Below, in pieces: positions 23,625-27,280 of a DNA stretch of 27,280 nt. The stretch is from Breznakia sp. PF5-3. GTDB lineage: Bacteria; Bacillota_I; Bacilli_A; Erysipelotrichales; Erysipelotrichaceae. Each line of letters begins with the position of its first letter. Position 1 is the first letter of the stretch. Both the position numbers and the translations under genes were made by a program. The notes beneath the pieces are model-generated. The model did no database searches. It was not told where the DNA came from and saw only the letters and a program-made list of their open reading frames with translations. The stretch spans positions 1-27,280 of the forward strand of contig NZ_JAQFIQ010000031.1 of NCBI RefSeq assembly GCF_029504745.1, given 5' to 3'.

Positions 23625-23733
23625 ATTGAACCTCCATAATTCTCTTTTGTATCACTTTCTCTATACTTCTTTTTCTTTCTTATATTTAAAATATTTGTAA
23701 TTGTTGTGCCTCTTTCTTATCATCAAAATAAAC

Positions 23734-23886
23734 TCAACTACAATACTGAAGATCATTATCATTTTTGATAAATGCAGGATTAAACTTTCTCTTTCTACAA
23801 GCATATTTATAACTGTCTTCTTCCTGACCTTCATATAGACATTCAGTTTTATCTAAGTGCCTACAATTTGTGCAATAACCTCTCAT
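23734..23886 (-). CDS. Possible 50-aa Cys-rich ORF (MRGYCTNCRHLDKTECLYEG...)
   Basis: An open frame about 15-20 nt downstream of a consensus promoter. It has CxxC plus three more Cys residues. No SD is present. Confidence 0.25.
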   Translation of the reverse strand: MRGYCTNCRHLDKTECLYEGQEEDSYKYACRKRKFNPAFIKNDNDLQYCS

Positions 23887-23906
23887 AAAATCATTTTATT
23901 GTTTAT

Positions 23907-23935
23907 ATTATAAATCTATATGTTTATTTTGTCAA
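23907..23935 (-). promoter_or_regulatory. Consensus sigma-A promoter (TTGACA-17-TATAAT) facing the nuclease/methyltransferase genes
   Basis: Minus strand: TTGACA at 23935-23930, a 17-nt spacer, TATAAT at 23912-23907. Confidence 0.7.
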
Positions 23936-23976
23936 CTATTATATCAATTTGTTGATTTATTAATTTAACTTATAGA

Positions 23977-24005
23977 TTGACATAAGCAATTGATATGTGT
24001 AAACT
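23977..24005 (+). promoter_or_regulatory. Sigma-A promoter (TTGACA-17-TAAACT) of the XRE gene
   Basis: TTGACA at 23977-23982, a 17-nt spacer, TAAACT at 24000-24005, then GAAAGGAG and the ATG at 24030. It is flanked by the inverted repeat ATATCAATT / AATTGATAT. Confidence 0.65.
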
Positions 24006-24029
24006 TTAATTATCTGAAAGGAGTTCAAT

Positions 24030-24254
24030 ATGATAATCACAAATCAAATTAAAGCTCTTCTGGCTTTGCAAGGAAAAACTTATACTGATTTAGCAAAATT
24101 CCAATCTGTTACTCTTCAGAACGTATCTAATAAAGCTAGAAAAAATTCCTGGAGTAAAAAAGATCTATTTGACATAGCTAAATTTACAAATACAAATCTC
24201 GCATATGTAGATAAAGATGGAAAGCCAATATTTGTATTAGAAGCAGATGACTAA
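24030..24254 (+). CDS. Small XRE/Cro-like HTH regulator
   Basis: The 74-aa protein carries KTYTDLAKFQSVTLQNVSNKARK, an HTH-like pattern. It has a strong SD and is divergent from a consensus promoter. Confidence 0.6.
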   Translation: MIITNQIKALLALQGKTYTDLAKFQSVTLQNVSNKARKNSWSKKDLFDIAKFTNTNLAYVDKDGKPIFVLEADD

Positions 24255-24271
24255 ACATCTGTTTTTATTTT
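24243..24271 (+). terminator. Weak terminator after the XRE gene
   Basis: GCAGATG-ACTAAA-CATCTGT followed by TTTTATTTT. It overlaps the stop codon. Confidence 0.4.
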
Positions 24272-24319
24272 CTCACCATATTATCTTGTTCTTTTTTGAC
24301 AAATTCATCTGTTTCTATA

Positions 24320-24493
24320 TTAATAATCAATACCATGTATTATTTCAAAAGCACAATCATCACATACATATCCGCAACCGTATTGATTAGGAAGTTGTTC
24401 TAATTCTTTACCGCACTTTTCACAACATCCAAACCCTTCATCTTCATCGTCTTTAAAATCATCTTCAATAGTTTTCCATTTATTATTTTCCAT
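24320..24493 (-). CDS. 57-aa zinc-ribbon-like protein (below track cut-off)
   Basis: Translation MENNKWKTIEDDFKDDEDEGFGCCEKCGKELEQLPNQYGCGYVCDDCAFEIIHGIDY. It has CxxC and CxxC pairs and an acidic N-terminus. Confidence 0.4.
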   Translation of the reverse strand: MENNKWKTIEDDFKDDEDEGFGCCEKCGKELEQLPNQYGCGYVCDDCAFEIIHGIDY

Positions 24494-24555
24494 TTTAATT
24501 TATATCCTTTCTGTGTGTAAAAATACTATAAGTTTTGTTTATTCTTTATGTAAAA

Positions 24556-24584
24556 TTGTTTATTCCATTTAATTGGATTATAAT
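24556..24584 (+). promoter_or_regulatory. Candidate promoter TTGTTT-17-TATAAT
   Basis: TTGTTT at 24556-24561, a 17-nt spacer, TATAAT at 24579-24584. Confidence 0.4.
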
Positions 24585-24590
24585 ATAAAT

Positions 24591-24670
24591 GTACTCTTAT
24601 TTTCTTAAATTCTAAGAATTAGAGTATCTAAAGTAAGGTAGCTTCTCCAATACTGCCTTACTTTTTTTAT
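24591..24670 (+). ncRNA. Candidate small RNA of about 80 nt (promoter, two hairpins, terminator)
   Basis: Hairpin TACTCT...AGAGTA (24592-24626). Terminator AAGTAAGG (24631-24638) / CCTTACTT (24656-24663) followed by T7. There is no ORF longer than 8 codons. It is antisense to minus-strand read-through transcripts. Confidence 0.35.
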
Positions 24671-24804
24671 TTATAAATTATCATTGTTTGACAGCATTCT
24701 TTTCAGGATCAAATCTGCAGCACATAGTTTTTCAAACATAAATTTTTAATTATCATGAAATAACGCGAAGTGCTATGTATTTAGATTAAACATAGCTTAT
24801 AAAG

Positions 24805-24963
24805 TTATGTTATGCCCATCCATGGTAATATTGGCAATACAATAAACTTCAAAATTAAAGCTAAAACAAATGCTATTAATATAAATACAATAACTACACC
24901 CAATAAACTTCCTACTACAACAATTATATTTTCAACTGATTCTTTTTTATTATTTTTTTCCAT
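24805..24963 (-). CDS. 52-aa single-TM membrane protein
   Basis: The ATG at 24963 follows AAAGGAAA. The TM helix is IIVVVGSLLGVVIVFILIAFVLALILKFIVLPI. The track start at 25053 is a TTG with no SD. Confidence 0.45.
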   Translation of the reverse strand: MEKNNKKESVENIIVVVGSLLGVVIVFILIAFVLALILKFIVLPILPWMGIT

Positions 24964-25064
24964 TATTAATTTCCTTTCATGTCCTGTTAATCGGATTTTC
25001 GTTTCTTTTTTTATTGTTTTCTCTGCTTTAAAATATTGACTATTATTGATCAAAATTTTAATTT

Positions 25065-25235
25065 TTACTTCTTTTTATTCCTTAAGTCCTTTTTTTCCTT
25101 TTCTACTTTTTTTATTATTTCAATCATATTATTTACTCTTTTTCTTTCTATGAACTCATCCAGCCACCACGCAACTCCTAAAAAAACAATTAGAAGCAAC
25201 CAAGTATCACTGAAAATTTTTATAATTAACTCCAT
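25065..25235 (-). CDS. 56-aa single-TM protein with a basic tail (below track cut-off)
   Basis: GAGGA sits 9 nt before the ATG at 25235. Translation MELIIKIFSDTWLLLIVFLGVAWWLDEFIERKR...KKDLRNKKK. The overlapping plus-strand track ORF 25036-25308 looks spurious. Confidence 0.4.
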   Translation of the reverse strand: MELIIKIFSDTWLLLIVFLGVAWWLDEFIERKRVNNMIEIIKKVEKEKKDLRNKKK

Positions 25236-25368
25236 TACTAGTCTTCCTCTTTTCTCATTAATGCTTCATATTCTAATATTTTCTTTTCTGTCATACCTTT
25301 GTATTTAAACAGAATCAGCTTATTAATTCTTTGCCATCACATTTGCAACTCTGTGCGCTCCGCGCGTG

Positions 25369-25377
25369 ACATATATC
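25369..25377 (-). promoter_or_regulatory. Candidate extended -10 promoter (TGATATATG)
   Basis: Minus strand CTTTTTATGATATATG, nearly identical to the plus-strand string at 3274-3288. Confidence 0.3.
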
Positions 25378-25421
25378 ATAAAAAGTTCTAGTTTTTTTGC
25401 AACGCCCTTAGGCGCTGATTT

Positions 25422-26831
25422 TTAGTTTAGCATTTCCTCGCTTAATTCAAGCCATTCTAACAAGACTTTTTGATCGTCATATCGCGTATGCCGAATAAAT
25501 ATATCTTGGTTTATATTAGCCTTAAACTCCTTCATTGCTTCTTTCAATTTCTTCTTAAATCTCCAAGAATTGTCTCTTATATACTTTAGATCACGAGTAA
25601 TGGTACTTTTATTTACTCCAAGTATGTCAGCTATATGTTTATTCTTAAGCCCCTGGTTCTTCAGCTTAGCCACTCGAGTGCAACGCTCTAACTTTCTTCT
25701 TTCTGTTGGAGTAATGTTAAGTAGTTTATTCTTCCTCTTTCTACGTTGGTATAAGACGTCTTTTATACTTTTTGATTTTATTCTCTTTAAACATATCTGC
25801 TCACTATATTGAATTCCTTTTTCACCGAGATTGCGTATCATCCAATTAATTCCTGGTACTTTTGTTTTACCTGCAGGTTTGCAGGTAAACAATAATTCTT
25901 TCTGATCTAATGGTTCCAAAAACAGTTGATTAATTTCCTCAGCATGTTTTAGCTCTTCATCTACTGAGGCTCCATACCAACGACAACGTCTTCTTACTAA
26001 GTAAATTAGAGTTTCTCTGTATCCATCTTTTATCCCGTTCTCATTTCTAAGTTTTATCAGTGTCTTAAAATCATCAAATAACTCTAAAGCTATAACTTTC
26101 CTTCTTTCATTAACACCCTCATCAGCATCATAGAAACTAGATTGTAACTTCTTTTCATTTTTGTACTTATATTTTTTATGTTCGCTTACTTCCTCTTGTG
26201 TATATGGAAATATACAATAGAAATCTTTTATCGTATAATCTGTATCATTAAGTTCAATAACTCTAACGGGAGCTAATGCATTACTATTAAAGGATCCAGG
26301 AATACGTATTATTTGTGTTATATTCATTGCTCGTGGATCCATACCATATTTTTCAAACTTCTTATAAAATGTTTTATATATAGATTGATATACGTTAGTC
26401 ATATGTTTTGAACAGTGCTTAAATGCATATATTATGTACATTCCTCTTCCTGAATCTATTACTGCAGTTGGCTTGAATGGAAGTTTATCTTTTATATGCT
26501 CATACATTTTTTCAGCAGTATAGTTTTCGTATTCCTTCATTTTATAGAAATCAAAATCTAGAGCTACAGCATTTAGATGCCAAACATGATCTGAATCTTT
26601 TTTTCGGTGTCTGAATGAGTTAATGCTGAAGTATGAGTCTTCCGTCTCATCACCTATGATTTGATTAATCTGCTCATAAAACTCATCATCCTTAAATAAA
26701 CGATCATAAAAATAATTCTTCTCAGGAAATATTACAAACTCATTGCTAGGATTCCAATTCCTAGTGATTGCAATATGAGCTTTTTCATCAATGCCTGCAT
26801 GGACTTTTCTCAGAAAATCTAACTCAATCAT
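25422..26831 (-). CDS. Plasmid replication initiator, Inc18 RepR/RepE-like (primase-polymerase-like core) with a C-terminal HTH
   Basis: LNAVALDFDF (a DxD motif), PTAVIDSGRGMYIIYAF and IIRIPGSFN follow the same order as the pIP501/pAMbeta1 Rep motif blocks as I remember them. The C-terminal HTH is NKHIADILGVNKSTITRDLKYI. Confidence 0.55.
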   Translation of the reverse strand: MIELDFLRKVHAGIDEKAHIAITRNWNPSNEFVIFPEKNYFYDRLFKDDEFYEQINQIIGDETEDSYFSINSFRHRKKDSDHVWHLNAVALDFDFYKMKEYENYTAEKMYEHIKDKLPFKPTAVIDSGRGMYIIYAFKHCSKHMTNVYQSIYKTFYKKFEKYGMDPRAMNITQIIRIPGSFNSNALAPVRVIELNDTDYTIKDFYCIFPYTQEEVSEHKKYKYKNEKKLQSSFYDADEGVNERRKVIALELFDDFKTLIKLRNENGIKDGYRETLIYLVRRRCRWYGASVDEELKHAEEINQLFLEPLDQKELLFTCKPAGKTKVPGINWMIRNLGEKGIQYSEQICLKRIKSKSIKDVLYQRRKRKNKLLNITPTERRKLERCTRVAKLKNQGLKNKHIADILGVNKSTITRDLKYIRDNSWRFKKKLKEAMKEFKANINQDIFIRHTRYDDQKVLLEWLELSEEMLN

Positions 26832-27168
26832 CTTTTACCTCGTTTTCCTGATCCTCCAGAACCGATAAATCCACTCCATGAGCTTTAAGTTGTTTCATTA
26901 TGTCTTCAATATTTTCAATAAGTTTGAGCCTGATCAATATTTCGCTTATACTCAATTGACTATCTGATTGCGGAGCAAAGATTAACATATCTAAATCAGG
27001 ATTTTGCGCTACTGACAATACGCACTCTCTTATGATTGCTGATACTGGCTTACCTTTTTTAGTCAAACTTACTCTTTGCGCTAATTTTTTAACTAGCTGT
27101 AGTTCTTCAGCTGTGAAATATACATTCTTCCCTATTCTTTTTTGCTTCTTACCTTTATGTCTGCTCAT
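26824..27168 (-). CDS. Ribbon-helix-helix-like DNA-binding protein, translationally coupled to rep
   Basis: AGGAGG sits 6 nt before the ATG. A basic N-terminus is followed by KNVYFTAEELQLVKKLAQ, a beta-strand plus helix pattern. It overlaps rep by 8 nt. Confidence 0.45.
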   Translation of the reverse strand: MSRHKGKKQKRIGKNVYFTAEELQLVKKLAQRVSLTKKGKPVSAIIRECVLSVAQNPDLDMLIFAPQSDSQLSISEILIRLKLIENIEDIMKQLKAHGVDLSVLEDQENEVKDD

Positions 27169-27186
27169 AACTAGCCTCCTTTCGCA

Positions 27187-27280
27187 ATCGAGTAGGAGGT
27201 AACTGATTAATTCAGTTACCGACCTCTCACACCACCGTACGTACGGTTCCGTATACGGCGGTTCAGTATATTTTAACGGA
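27187..27280 (-). mobile_element. 3' end (domains V-VI) of a second, diverged group II intron; continues beyond the window
   Basis: Domain V and the base of domain VI are almost identical to the copy at 15770-15860. The distal domain VI hairpin differs (GGTAACTGA-ATTAA-TCAGTTACC), and so does the RT C-terminus. Confidence 0.7.

Noticed and set aside
25036-25308. A 90-aa plus-strand ORF.
   Set aside because: The translation is low-complexity F/L/S-rich and there is no SD. The opposite strand carries a better-supported 56-aa ORF with an SD.
1-27280. ICE or transposon boundaries, integrase, IS elements, tRNA or rRNA genes.
   Set aside because: I could not recognise a recombinase or transposase motif, terminal inverted or direct repeats marking the ends of an element, or tRNA- or rRNA-like sequence. 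The presence of Rep and ParAB favours a plasmid, but the window alone cannot decide this.

Overview
This window is visibly AT-rich (GC not computed). It reads as the backbone of a Gram-positive (Bacillota-type) conjugative plasmid or ICE-like element, and almost every gene is on the minus strand.

In transcription order (high to low coordinate) it contains:
- the 3' end of a group II intron, running off the window;
- a ribbon-helix-helix (RHH) gene coupled to an Inc18 RepR/RepE-like replication initiator;
- small membrane and zinc-ribbon ORFs, and a divergent XRE promoter switch;
- a secreted thermonuclease, an unknown gene and an orphan N4/N6 DNA methyltransferase;
- two small unknown genes;
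- ParA, ParB and an ArpU/sigma-r4-like regulator;
- an Ig-like surface protein;
- a complete class-C-like group II intron placed just after a terminator;
- a large adhesin with Cna-B repeats and a thioester-like N-terminal domain;
- a type IV secretion system (T4SS) block: TcpC-like, VirB3/TcpE-like, VirB4, VirB6-like and M23 hydrolase genes;
- a coupling ATPase;
- a 550-bp non-coding, oriT-like region.

I saw no relaxase, integrase, transposase, tRNA, rRNA or CRISPR array.

The most interesting signal is a 23-bp palindrome, AATGTGCCAGT-N-ACTGGCACATT. It occurs six times, plus one degenerate copy with a compensatory change. Every copy is intergenic and lies at a module boundary. Three copies are centred 39-42 bp upstream of a start codon. 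This looks like an operator or RNA-hairpin network, possibly a KorB/ParB-style global circuit.

Other items worth a second look:
- the thioester-type covalent adhesin with an atypical anchor;
- two diverged group II introns, one abutting the Shine-Dalgarno (SD) sequence of the rep operon;
- a strongly SD-led 23-aa plus-strand peptide gene next to the coupling-protein gene;
- phased 11-bp CCGG/A-tract repeats;
- a candidate small RNA.

All family calls come from motifs read by eye. No database search was run.
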